64,000 nucleotides of DNA from an uncultured Gemmatimonadales bacterium (lineage in GTDB: Bacteria > Gemmatimonadota > Gemmatimonadetes > Gemmatimonadales > GWC2-71-9): assembly GCA_963748815.1 (NCBI GenBank), contig CAVVKJ010000011.1, positions 32,001 to 96,000 of the forward strand. Direction: 5' to 3'. Positions 31,444 through 40,971 of the stretch are shown here, in pieces. Below the pieces are notes generated by a model that worked only from the letters and a program-made list of their open reading frames with translations, was not told where the DNA came from and did not search any database. The translations under genes were made by a program, and so were the position numbers. The stretch's first letter is position 1; each line of letters opens with the position of its first letter.

Positions 31444-32010
31444 ATGAGTTCCGCACACACGCCCGACGGGCTTCCGCACGGACTGCCCGCCCTCTGGGAA
31501 AAGCTCACCGGCCCGCAGCGCCGCGCCGTCGCCCGGGTGCTCACGGCGCACAGCGTGGCTCGCGACGTCAACACCGAGTTCGCCGATACGCGCACCTTCG
31601 GCCAGCGGGTGTCCGACCGGATCGCGGCGTTCGGCGGATCCTGGCCCTTCATCGGCCTCGCGTTTTTCACGCTCGCCTGCTGGGTCGTGCTCAACTCGGT
31701 CCTCCTGGCGCGCCGCGGCGCCGCATTCGACCCCTATCCGTATATTCTCCTCAACCTGATCCTGTCGATGCTGGCCGCGCTCCAGGCGCCGATCATCATG
31801 ATGTCACAGAACCGGGCGGCGGCGCGAGACCGGCTGGAGGCCGCGCACGACTACGAAGTGAATCTCAAGGCCGAACTCGAAATCCAGTCGCTCCACGAGA
31901 AGCTCGACGCCCTGCGCGAGCGCGACTGGGCCGCGCTGGTCGCGATGCAGCAGCAGCAAATCCAGCTGCTCCAGCGCCTGCTGGAGCGCGCCACGGGAGA
32001 GCCCGCATGA
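31444..32010 (+). CDS. DUF1003 membrane protein
   Basis: [46 protein letters not shown]. Confidence 0.92.
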   Translation: MSSAHTPDGLPHGLPALWEKLTGPQRRAVARVLTAHSVARDVNTEFADTRTFGQRVSDRIAAFGGSWPFIGLAFFTLACWVVLNSVLLARRGAAFDPYPYILLNLILSMLAALQAPIIMMSQNRAAARDRLEAAHDYEVNLKAELEIQSLHEKLDALRERDWAALVAMQQQQIQLLQRLLERATGEPA

Positions 32011-32360
32011 GCAGCAGCCACGAAATGACCACCACCACCTTCGAACTCGACGGCTTCCGGATCGCCCAGAGCCTCGGCGTCGTCCGGGGCATCAGCGTCC
32101 GGTCGCGCAACATCTTCGGATCGATCGGGGCCAAACTCGAAACGCTGTTCGGCGGCAACATCACCATCCTCACGACCCTCTGCGAACGAACTCGGCAGGA
32201 GGCGTTCGACATCATGCTGACCCACGCCCACCAGATGGGCGCCAACGCCGTGGTCGGCGTCCGGTACGATGCCACGGAACTGATGGCCGGGGTGACGGAA
32301 GTCCTCTGCTACGGCACCGCGGTCGTGGTGCGCGAGCAGCTGACCAGCGGGGAAGATTGA
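32007..32360 (+). CDS. YbjQ (UPF0145) family protein
   Basis: [27 protein letters not shown]. Confidence 0.92.
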   Translation: MSSSHEMTTTTFELDGFRIAQSLGVVRGISVRSRNIFGSIGAKLETLFGGNITILTTLCERTRQEAFDIMLTHAHQMGANAVVGVRYDATELMAGVTEVLCYGTAVVVREQLTSGED

Positions 32361-32623
32361 CCGCGGTGGCCCGGCGCGATCCACTCCAGGAGATTCCCGG
32401 GGTCGGCCCCAGCATCGCCGCCGATTTGCGGGCGCTGGGCATCCGGTCGGTGACGCAGCTGAAGCGCCGGGACCCGCAGCGCCTCTATGACCGGCTGAGC
32501 GAGCTCCAGGGACCGCAGGATCCCTGCGTGCTCTATGTGTTCCGCTGTGCGGTGTACTACGCCAGCACCCCGAAGCCGAAGCCCGAGCTCCTCCAGTGGT
32601 GGAACTGGAAGGACCGTTCGTGA
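32357..32623 (+). CDS. Helix-hairpin-helix (Cdd1-like) protein
   Basis: [40 protein letters not shown] start. Confidence 0.85.
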   Translation: MTAVARRDPLQEIPGVGPSIAADLRALGIRSVTQLKRRDPQRLYDRLSELQGPQDPCVLYVFRCAVYYASTPKPKPELLQWWNWKDRS

Positions 32624-33091
32624 CCATCGCCCGCCGAGGCGCCCAGCCCGACCTGCTCCGCGCATTGCGCACGAAGCTTCGGCGCGACATGCCGATCACC
32701 AAGGCGCTCGGCCTCCGCGTCGTGGGCCGGGAGGGAGCAGGGCTGATTCTCGCCTCCCCTCTGGCGCCGAACATCAACCACAAGGGGACAGCGTTCGCCG
32801 GCAGCCTCAACGCCACCGCCACACTGGCGGGTTGGGGGACCATCTGGCTGGTGTTGCGGGAACATGGTATCAAGTCGCATGTGGTCATCCAGGACAGCGC
32901 CGTGCACTACTTCCGACCGGTGACCGGGGACTTCACCGCCCGCTGCAAGGCGCCGTCGGCCCATGCCGTGGAGCGGCTGGTCAAGGCGGTGGAGAAGAAG
33001 GGGCGGGGCCGTCTGGAGCTCGACGTGATGATCTCGGATGAAGGCGGGGACGCGGTGCAAGTTTCATGGGAGGTATGTGGCGATGGCGTAG
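32620..33091 (+). CDS. YiiD C-terminal thioesterase-domain protein (frameshift near 33060)
   Basis: PL.PNINHKGTAFAGSL; removing one A restores the terminal FHGRYVAMA-stop at 33089-33091. Confidence 0.85.
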
Positions 33092-33143
33092 CGGGGAAGC
33101 GGGGAAGCGGGGAAGCGGGGAAGCGGGGAGCGGGGAAGCGGGG
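33091..33143 (+). repeat. (GCGGGGAA)n tandem array, ~6.7 units
   Basis: Starts directly at the inferred stop codon. Confidence 0.95.
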
Positions 33144-33161
33144 CCAAAGGTGCAAATCGCT

Positions 33162-33187
33162 GTCATCCCGGCGCAAGCCGGGATCCA
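33162..33187 (+). repeat. 26-bp REP-like hairpin (GTCA...TCCA family)
   Basis: GTCATCCCGGC-GCAA-GCCGGGATCCA. Confidence 0.85.
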
Positions 33188-33251
33188 TGTTCTCGACGCG
33201 ATCGCCAACGCGGCCGGACACCGATCGTGACTCCAGCGAAGGTCGGGTTCC

Positions 33252-35757
33252 CTACTGTGGTGGCGACGATGTCCCTGGCCCCCCGTGCTGAACCCCATCC
33301 ATGCTGAACCCGGAACGACGGGCCGCTGGGGCGGCATATTGGACGCCACGCGAACCATTCAGCTGATCGCTTAGGCGGGCAAAGTCCTCGTAGGTTGGTC
33401 CTGGATCAGGAAACCGGACGACGTATGCCCCCCCATTCGGTGCCCCTCCGATAATCTCGCCCCGATTCTCGCTGAAGAACGTGCGAACCGTCGTCCCACT
33501 GGTGGAGTCATCAAATCTCACGCGAAAAATGTTGCGGTAGTAAATGGTGACGGTGTCGCCAGGCGGCACCACCGTGAGCATGGTATCGCGGGGAAAGTCG
33601 AACGTACCGGTCGTCGGGATCGGCGGCCGAGTGGTGTCGCTCACCGCGTGCCTCGACGACTTTTCCCCATACGAACCGACATGAACAGTCGGCGGCGGAC
33701 TCCTGACGAGCGAGCAGCAGGACGAACTGCACCCCGGGCTCCGCACTCATGCGCTCCCGGAGGGCGGTGAGCGACTCGATCGACGCTCCAGGATCCGGCG
33801 CCTGGATGACATAGGCCCCGGACGTAGGGAAGCCCGCCGACGATGACCGCCGAGTACTTCTTCAAGAGCTGTCGAATCTCGGTCCCGGTGGCCGTCGGCA
33901 GGAAGGAGACCGAGAGCAGCCGTCGATAATAGACCCAGCCGCCCTCGAGCTCCTTCGTGACATACATTGCTGTCGTCGGGGTACTCGTAGTCCGGAACTG
34001 GCGGGCGTGTGTTCCGAATCCGACACTCGGGTGCGGGCTCCGTGGAGGGCGCGCCCGACTTTCGCAGGTAGTCGCACGGGGGATCGTCCCACCCCGGAAT
34101 CCGCCCCAAAACCTGTCGCCGAGGGAAGGCAGCGGCAGGAGTTCGACCGTCGGCACGAGCCCGCTCGACTGAATGGCCTCGCGCAGGGAATCCACGGCAC
34201 GGAGCCCGATGCCCGGGTCCGGGAAGCGCACCATGTACCAGCTGGCTGAAACCGCCGATGATGTCGCCCCGAAGCTCGGTCAGCAGGGCGCGGACGTCTG
34301 TTCCGCTGGCCGATTCCCGAAACCGGATCAGGAAGACGTTCCGGTACGCATACGACCCGGTGACCTCCTCGGTGGTCACGGCCAGCATCGAATCCACGGG
34401 GGCCACCAGGTACTTCCCGGGAAGCGGCGGGCGTGCCGTGTCGCCGCTCAGCAAGCCCGGGCGGCGGACTCCCGTTCGCCTCGACCTGCAGGATGCCGCC
34501 GTCGCGGAAGAGGCGGACCGTCCCTCGGTTGCGCGTGGTGAAGACCGACTCGGTGCATGATTTCCCAACCGTCCTGGGAGGGAGCACCAGCGCACCCGTT
34601 TCGGTGGTGGCGTAGACCTCCCACTCCATCCGGTCCTCCGTCGGCAGCGTATTGCAGACGGCGAAGGTGTTCCCTTCCACCCATCGCAGCGCGCGCGCGG
34701 AGTCGGCTGGATTCGGCGGAAGCGGGGCACCTACCCGGAGCAGGATCGGCGTGACGTGGCCTACCCCGGGATAGCCTGCAATCCAGCGCTGCAGCGACAT
34801 CACGGCATCGTAGGATGCGCCGGGATCGGCGAATCGGACGATGTACTCGCCGGCCTCTGGATTCCCGCTGATGATCTCGCCACGTGACACGCGGAGGACG
34901 TCGCGCACCGTCGACCCGCTGGTCGAGTCATCGAAGCGGACGGCAAAGATGTTCCGGTACACTGGTGCACCGGGAAGGGGGACCACGATCGAGGTATCGG
35001 TCAGCCCGGCCAATCCACGCGCTGGCGGGATGGGGGGACGACTCCAGCCCAAGCCAACCCGCCTCGTCGTCCGGCCGGGAGGGAGCGGCGGCAGTGGATG
35101 ATTGATGAGCCGCGTCCCAGCGATGAAGGGGTCGGCCTCCAGGCGCTGCCGAAACGCCAGAAGGTGGGTCCAGGCGATCCCCGGATCTTGGATCGCGACG
35201 ATAAACATGTTCGACCACTGAAGGCCGACCATCGTCAACCCGTACCGGCCCACCAGGACACGGATGATCGAATCCGTGGCCTCGCGCTCGAACCTCACTC
35301 CGATGCGGGTCCGGAAGAATTCCTTGCCATCCTCGGGGTTGACGACCACCAGGGTCGTGTCGAAGGGGGGGAGTCGGGTTCCCAGGAGTGGCCAGGGCGA
35401 GGGAGGTTTGTTGCCGTTCGCGGCGCTCTGAATGTTGAGCCCCTGGAAGTAGAGCCGCACCGGTCCATGCTTCCGGGTGGTGAAGTAAGCAGTGCTCACC
35501 CGCACCTGCTCGTTCGTCGCGGGCAGCACCAGCGACCCCGAATCGCGCGTTCCGATCACGTCCCAGGTGACCTGCACCGCGAACGGGAGCGTGTTCTCCA
35601 CCCGGAAGGTGTTGCCTGAGGCGTAGCGCAGCTGGATGTACCCGGGTTCCATCGCCCGCCGGAACTGCCAGCTGGTGGCCGGCCACACCGGGGGCTGGGC
35701 GGCAGGAGAGGGCCCCCCAGCCACCTGCAACACCGCGAGGACCAGCGGAATGAGCAT
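33252..35757 (-). CDS. Large secreted repeat protein: two beta-rich modules plus five propeptide-like modules; several frameshifts
   Basis: Joined from ORFs 33862..35787, 33747..34730, 33641..34234, 33511..33750 and 33252..33746; repeated R....V.F....G..VR.......I.GG......Y.V...DPG; GGAG RBS. Confidence 0.7.
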
Positions 35758-35836
35758 CGGATGCTCCGAGGAGGACAAGGCACCCACCCAACCGGGCGGC
35801 CACCAGCCAAGCCCAATCCGGCAAAGGGCGTGCCTT

Positions 35837-36205
35837 GGAAGCGGGGAAGCGGGGAAGCGGGGAAGCGGGGCCGAATGTCCGATCGACCCACCGGACTTTC
35901 AAGCGGTCTGGCGGCGCCGATTAACCGAAATGGACTCCTCATCTGGCACGTTGGGTTGAATTCGTTCGAATAGGGGTGGGCATATGCCCACCCCGGTGGG
36001 TCCGTCCGCGCATGGGCAGGTTGGTCGATCCGGACATCGCGCCCGAGCTGGTCCAACGACGCGGAACCTGGACCCCCGCTTTCGCGGGGGTGACGGCCGG
36101 GTGATCACCTTCGCGCCTTCGCGTGTTCGCGTGAGTCCCCATCGACCCCCAGGCCTTCGCCGAGGTGCCGATCCATCGACACTCATCGCTTAGATTCCCC
36201 CCATG
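35837..36205 (+). repeat. Composite direct repeat, copy 1 (left of nos module)
   Basis: (GCGGGGAA)x4, perfect palindrome GGGGTGGGCATATGCCCACCCC (35973-35994), REP 36069-36094, degenerate second REP; colinear with 44031-44387. Confidence 0.85.
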
Positions 36206-36620
36206 CCCCCCATCACCCGCTGGTTCGTCCGCTCCGCCCTGCTCTGGTTCCTGCTGGCCCTGGCCACCGGAGTCCTGCTGGCCGGCGGCGTCTCCGCCGA
36301 CATCCCGGGCACCGGCTGGACCCTTCCCTACCCCACCTATCTCCATCTCCTCACCGTCGGCTGGCTCACCAATCTGATTTTCGGCGTCGCCTTCTGGATG
36401 TTCCCCCGCTACACCGCCGAGCATCCGCGCGGCAGCGACCGCCTCGGCTGGCTGGCCTACGCCGGACTCAACTGCCGGACTGGTCCTGCGGCTGGTCGGC
36501 GAACCGCTCCAGATCTCCGGCGGAGGGACCGGGACGCTCCTGCTGCTCTCCGCCGGCCTCCAACTCCTCGGCGCGTGGGCCTTCGTGCTCAACACCTGGC
36601 CCCGCGTGAAGGTGAAATAG
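36203..36620 (+). CDS. 4-TM His-containing membrane protein (NnrS/heme-copper-oxidase-like fragment), frameshift near 36475
   Basis: MPPITRWFVRSAL, HLLTVGW..NLIFGVAFWMFPR; continues GLVLRLVGEP...NTWPRVKVK in another frame. Confidence 0.7.
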
Positions 36621-36621
36621 C

Positions 36622-37029
36622 GTGCCGTTCCTCAGCACACTCCTGGTCCGGAGCGCCCTCTGCTGGCTCGCCGCCGGCGCCGCGATGGGTGCACTCCTGC
36701 TCTCCGCTAAGGCGGTGCCGATGCCGGCGGCGGTGTTTCGCCTGTTCGCGCTGCACGCCGAGGCGCTGCTGATCGGGTGGATGGTCCAGCTGGCGATGGG
36801 CGTGGCGTGGTGGATCCTGCCCAAGTATCCCCGCCTGCCGGAACGGGGACCAGCCGCACCAATCTGGGCGGCGTGGCTGCTGTTGAACGGGGGCGTACTG
36901 CTGGCGGGAATCGGGCGCTCGCTCGGCGCACCGGAGGCGACGGTCCTCGTGGGGCGGCTGGCGGAACTGCTCGCCGCGCTGGCGTTTGCAGCGGCCGCCT
37001 GGCCAAGAGTCAAACCATTTGGTCGGTGA
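36622..37029 (+). CDS. Paralogous 4-TM His-containing membrane protein
   Basis: MPFLSTLLVRSAL, HAEALLIGWMVQLAMGVAWWILPK, WPRVK. Confidence 0.75.
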   Translation: MPFLSTLLVRSALCWLAAGAAMGALLLSAKAVPMPAAVFRLFALHAEALLIGWMVQLAMGVAWWILPKYPRLPERGPAAPIWAAWLLLNGGVLLAGIGRSLGAPEATVLVGRLAELLAALAFAAAAWPRVKPFGR

Positions 37030-37036
37030 CTTGCCC

Positions 37037-37079
37037 GAGATTGCTTCGTCGGCCCCCGTCGGGGCCTCCTCGCAATGAC
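37037..37079 (-). repeat. REP-like element GTCATTGCGAG...GAAGCAATCTC between convergent genes
   Basis: Minus strand GTCATTGCGAGGAGGCCCCGACGGGGGCCGACGAAGCAATCTC; internal hairpin; starts with GTCA like the 26-bp family. Confidence 0.65.
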
Positions 37080-37087
37080 AGAGGCTT

Positions 37088-37879
37088 CTAGAAGTCTTTC
37101 CTGCGGAACACCCGGCTCGCCAGCAGCAGCGGTACCGTCGCCTGCACTACCAGCACGCCGAGCACGGTCACCCGACCCAGTGACGTCCCGAAGAACCGCT
37201 CGAAGACCGCCCCGGTGTACCCCATCAGCGCCGCTGTGTCGAACTGCAGGAGCAGGAGCACCCGCCCCAGGTCGATGGGGTTGAGCATGGTGAGCGCCAG
37301 CACCGGCCGCTCGAGTGGGTAGTGGCGGAACATGGTGATCAGCAGGAGCACCACGCCGTCATAGAGCACCGCGCACCCGAGCCAGATCAGGATGGCCCCG
37401 CCGAGTCCCTTGGCGCGGTCGTCGAAGAGAATGGCGAGGAGCACCGCCACGGCGGTAAAGACCAGCGTGAGCAGCACCCCGGCGGTGAGCAGCATCGCGA
37501 GGGGCACGAAGAGCGCCGCCTCCGGCCGGGCGTGGATCAGGAACGGCACCCCCACGCCCGCCAGGAACGCCCCCGCCAGCGGGAGCGCGAGGCCGAGGTA
37601 AAGTCCGGCAAAGAGTGAGCGCCGTCCCACCGGCTGGGCCAGCAGCAGCTCCGTGAACTCGCGGGCGCCGTAGACGTACATGGTGCCGAAGACCACGCTC
37701 ACCAGCGGCACCAGCAGCAGCACCACGTTCAGCAGCGAAATCACCACCCGTGCGCCCTCGCCGCCGAACCGGAAGAGGACGTCGGTCAGCAGGAAGAGGA
37801 GCAGGGTGTATACCAGCACGGCGCGGCTCCGCACCACGTTGTGCAGCTCGTACTTGAGGATGCGCATCGTGGTCCTCAT
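37088..37879 (-). CDS. nosY: NosY ABC permease
   Basis: 6-TM permease, REFTELLLAQP..R, NPIDLGR; downstream of nosF. Confidence 0.88.
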   Translation of the reverse strand: MRTTMRILKYELHNVVRSRAVLVYTLLLFLLTDVLFRFGGEGARVVISLLNVVLLLVPLVSVVFGTMYVYGAREFTELLLAQPVGRRSLFAGLYLGLALPLAGAFLAGVGVPFLIHARPEAALFVPLAMLLTAGVLLTLVFTAVAVLLAILFDDRAKGLGGAILIWLGCAVLYDGVVLLLITMFRHYPLERPVLALTMLNPIDLGRVLLLLQFDTAALMGYTGAVFERFFGTSLGRVTVLGVLVVQATVPLLLASRVFRRKDF

Positions 37880-38613
37880 GCGCCCCCCCGCCGCAGCATC
37901 GCCGCCATCGCCCGCTCGAGCCCGGTTTCGCCGGCCCGCTCCTTGAGCCCCTCGATCGACCCGGCGTACCGCACCCGGCCGTCCACCAGGAACACGAGGT
38001 CCTCCGCCAGCTCCTCCAGCTCCGCCATCAGGTGCGAGCTCAGCACCACCGTGGCGCCGCCGTCGCGCACCCGGCGGATCTTGTCCTTCAGGATGCCGCT
38101 TGCCACCGGGTCGAGTCCCGCCGTCGGCTCGTCGAGGATGATCAGGCTGGGCAGGAAGAGAAACGCGATGGCGGCGTTGAGCTTCTGCCGCGTGCCGCCC
38201 GACAGCACCCGCACCGGCCGGTCGAGCGCCCCCGATTCGCCAAACCATTCCAGGAGTTCCTCGTCGGTGCCCGCGCCCCGCCCCCGGAGGTCGCGCAGCA
38301 TCTCCACCACCTCGCGTCCGGTCAGGTTGTCCGGAAAGCTGGGCGCCTGCGGCATGTACCCGACATTGCGTCGGTACGCCCATCCGCCGTCCAGCGCGGC
38401 GCCCGCCAGCACGATGCTTCCCTCGTCGGGGCGCACCAGGCCGAGGAGGCACTTGATGAGGGTGGACTTGCCGGCGCCGTTGGGGCCGACCAGCGCGGTG
38501 ATGCGCCCCGGCGCCACCTGGATATCCACGGCATCGAGCGCCGTCAGCCGGCCGAAGCGCTTGCGCAGGCCGCGGAACTCGACGGCGGGCGTGGTCGATG
38601 CGGCGGCCGTCAT
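37876..38613 (-). CDS. nosF: NosF ABC ATPase
   Basis: GPNGAGKST, LSGG, ILDEPTAGLDP, SSH; between nosD and nosY. Confidence 0.9.
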   Translation of the reverse strand: MTAAASTTPAVEFRGLRKRFGRLTALDAVDIQVAPGRITALVGPNGAGKSTLIKCLLGLVRPDEGSIVLAGAALDGGWAYRRNVGYMPQAPSFPDNLTGREVVEMLRDLRGRGAGTDEELLEWFGESGALDRPVRVLSGGTRQKLNAAIAFLFLPSLIILDEPTAGLDPVASGILKDKIRRVRDGGATVVLSSHLMAELEELAEDLVFLVDGRVRYAGSIEGLKERAGETGLERAMAAMLRRGGA

Positions 38614-39854
38614 GCCGGCGCCTCCATCAGCGGGCGTTCATCGATCAGCATGGCGGGGGTCAGGACCGGCATCACCCGTTCCGCCGCGTCGAGCAGGTCC
38701 ACGAAGAAACTCCGGAGGAGGATGAGCGCCGGCTCGTGCTGCGCCACCAGGAGGGAAAAGAGCCGCACCGGGTGGTAGGGCACGTCGCCGTAGCCGTCCC
38801 GGTCGAGGTCGTATCCCTCGTAGTGGTCCCAGTAATTCTCGCGGAAGAGGCTCACGTTCCTGCTGCTGTTGGTGGTGACGTCGAAGGAGTTCCGGAGAAA
38901 ACTGTTGCCGGCAAAGGTGTTTCCCTCGGCGTTGGCCAGCACCCGCACCGCCCAGCCGTTCGCCTCGAAGGTGTTGCCCATGACCTCGTTGCGGGCGGAA
39001 CCCTCCATGTAGAGGCCGACGCTGTTCTGACGGAAGGTGTTGTGCACGAGGCGGCTGTCCCGGATCTCCTTGAGGAGCAGCCCGTACGAGGCCGGCCCCC
39101 AGTTGTCGGCAAATGTGTTCCCTTCCATGACCATCTGCCTGGTGTACATCACCGCGACGCCGGCGCCGTTCCGCTCGAACCGGTTGCGGCGGTACTCGCA
39201 CTCGTGCGAGAACATGAAGTGCAGGCCGTACCGCAGGTTGCCGACGCTCTCGTTGTCGAGCACCCGGGCGCGTTCCACGAACTCCAGGTAGATCCCGTCG
39301 CGATGCCCCGTCACCCGGTTGCCGTCGATGGTCACGTCGGTGGAGTGGAAGAGATGGATGGCGTTGCCCGCGGTCATCTCGATCTCGGCGGCCCCCTGTA
39401 CCACGTTGCGGGAGATCCGGCACCCGCGGCTTCGCGAGAGGTAGATCGCAAAGAAGGTGCCTTCCAGCCGGCTGTCCTCGAGAACGCAGTTGGCGACGCT
39501 GTCGAAGAGGATGGCGGCGCGATCCTCGATGAAGCTCGACTCTCCCCCGCGCACCGTGAGGCCCCGCAGGGTCACGTCGTCTGCCGAGACCACGAAGACC
39601 TGATGATCGGCACCCAGGAAGACCGCGCCCGGCTCCCCGACGATGGTCACCGGCACCGCGACGCGGATGACCGGCTCCGCGTAGCTCCCCGCCCTGACGG
39701 TGATGCGTCCGCCGGGGCTCACGAGCGTGAGTGCCTCGGTGACGGTCCGCACTGGGCCGGCGGGATCGACGACCACGAGTGATTGGGCGGTGGCCACCGT
39801 TGGCGCGGTGAGGAGGAGCCCGGCGGCGAGGCCGGCGCGAAGGATTCGCATCAT
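38610..39854 (-). CDS. nosD: Nitrous-oxide reductase maturation protein NosD
   Basis: Beta-helix repeats, RDGIYLE, LRYGLHFMFS, GVAVMYT, NYWD.Y.GYDLDRDG.GD.PY. Confidence 0.95.
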   Translation of the reverse strand: MMRILRAGLAAGLLLTAPTVATAQSLVVVDPAGPVRTVTEALTLVSPGGRITVRAGSYAEPVIRVAVPVTIVGEPGAVFLGADHQVFVVSADDVTLRGLTVRGGESSFIEDRAAILFDSVANCVLEDSRLEGTFFAIYLSRSRGCRISRNVVQGAAEIEMTAGNAIHLFHSTDVTIDGNRVTGHRDGIYLEFVERARVLDNESVGNLRYGLHFMFSHECEYRRNRFERNGAGVAVMYTRQMVMEGNTFADNWGPASYGLLLKEIRDSRLVHNTFRQNSVGLYMEGSARNEVMGNTFEANGWAVRVLANAEGNTFAGNSFLRNSFDVTTNSSRNVSLFRENYWDHYEGYDLDRDGYGDVPYHPVRLFSLLVAQHEPALILLRSFFVDLLDAAERVMPVLTPAMLIDERPLMEAPA

Positions 39855-39866
39855 GGGGAGGGAAAA

Positions 39867-40323
39867 CTACGCCGGATCGCGAGCTTCGGCGAGGATCTGC
39901 GACCAGTCCAGGAGCGTCCCGCCCAGCGCGGCCTGCAGGCTGTCCCCGGCCGAGCGCGGCACCGCGAGGAGATTGCTGGACATCGGCGTTCGGATCGAGT
40001 CGGTCCGGAGGAAGATCGCGTCCTGGGCGGGAATGAGCGTCCCCGGCAGGCGGAAGTCGGTGACCCAGGCCGAATGCACCTGCGCCGGCTCCACCGACCC
40101 GCCCGCGGTGAAGGTGGCGAGGCATCCGGCGTCATCGAACGCGAAGACCTTGCCGGTGCGGGTGACGAGTTCCGCGGCAAACCGCTGGTCCACGATCGTC
40201 ATGTGGCAGTGCGTCGCAGGCCGCCTCCCCGAAGGCGATCGGGGTCGGCCCGGGGCTGCCGCACGCCAGCGCGGCCGCACCCAGGAGCGCGGCCGCGTGG
40301 CGTCGACGGAGCGTCCGGCTCAC
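39867..40323 (-). CDS. nosL: NosL copper chaperone lipoprotein (frameshift near 40213)
   Basis: ALAC lipobox; removing one G gives CDHCHM; GKV..FDD.GCL, TPM. Confidence 0.88.
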
Positions 40324-40907
40324 GCGGGCACGACGACCGGCGTTCGCCAGGCCCGGATGGCCAGCACCGCCACCAGCGTGACCGCGGCGATCAGGACCCA
40401 ACCGCCCGCGGCGGGCCAGCTGGTCGCGTGAAAGTTCAGCAGTTGCTTGCTCCCGATGAGTGGGGGCTGATAGGTCATGCCCGGAATCTTGAGGATGGCG
40501 TCCGGACTCAGGTTGTGGCCGTAATCGTACGACCACTTGTAGAAATCCGCGAGTCCCGCCAGCGAAAAGAGCAGCAGCACCGCCGCGTAGGCCATCAGGA
40601 GCCCCCGCTTGCCCAACACCGCAACCAGCAGCCCCAGCACAATCAGCCCTGCGACGATCTTGGGCATGTACTGCAGTTCGGGGATGTCGTCCGGCGAGAT
40701 GACCTTCATCCCGATGTAGTGGTTGAGGCCGTTGATGCTGTTGAGGTCCTGCGGCTGCTGCCCAGTAATCTTGTCAACGGCGATGTAGAGCCCCAGCCCC
40801 TCCGGATATTGCGGGGCCTCCAGCCCGATTTGCCAAAGCGGCTGGACGTACACGATGGCCATGGAGAGGGCGGCGAGCGCGACGAGGATGCGGGTGATGC
40901 GGGACAT
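40320..40907 (-). CDS. nosB: Clade II nos membrane protein (NosB-like)
   Basis: PLW.I.LEAPQYPEGL, INGLNHYIGM, YDYGHNL.P.A, YQPPLIG.KQLLNF; directly after nosZ. Confidence 0.8.
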   Translation of the reverse strand: MSRITRILVALAALSMAIVYVQPLWQIGLEAPQYPEGLGLYIAVDKITGQQPQDLNSINGLNHYIGMKVISPDDIPELQYMPKIVAGLIVLGLLVAVLGKRGLLMAYAAVLLLFSLAGLADFYKWSYDYGHNLSPDAILKIPGMTYQPPLIGSKQLLNFHATSWPAAGGWVLIAAVTLVAVLAIRAWRTPVVVPA

Positions 40908-40930
40908 GGCAAGAACCTCGGTGGACGGTA

Positions 40931-40955
40931 CGGGAGGGGAACCGTTCCCCTCCCG
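40931..40955. other. Intercistronic hairpin after nosZ
   Basis: CGGGAGGGGAA-CCG-TTCCCCTCCCG perfect 11-bp stem without U-tract; possible mRNA stabiliser. Confidence 0.6.
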
Positions 40956-40971
40956 CCCGCCGGTGAGCTGT

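Noticed and set aside
32596..33291. Thioesterase with a long GKRGSGEA-repeat C-terminal tail
   Set aside because: Read-through caused by an extra A near 33060; the family-typical end F.G.YVA and a stop lie at 33064-33091
33252..35757. Diversity-generating retroelement target or S8 protease
   Set aside because: Repeats are diverged at all positions rather than adenine-specific, no reverse transcriptase is nearby, and no subtilase catalytic motifs are visible
29528..35870. GCGGGGAA arrays or REP copies as a CRISPR array
   Set aside because: No unique spacers of regular length between repeats and no cas genes
35899..36193. Short ORFs in the composite repeat (e.g. MPTPVGP..., also at 43903-44274 and 43774-44208)
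   Set aside because: Similarity is confined to the DNA palindromes, frames are not preserved between copies, and there is no RBS or coding bias
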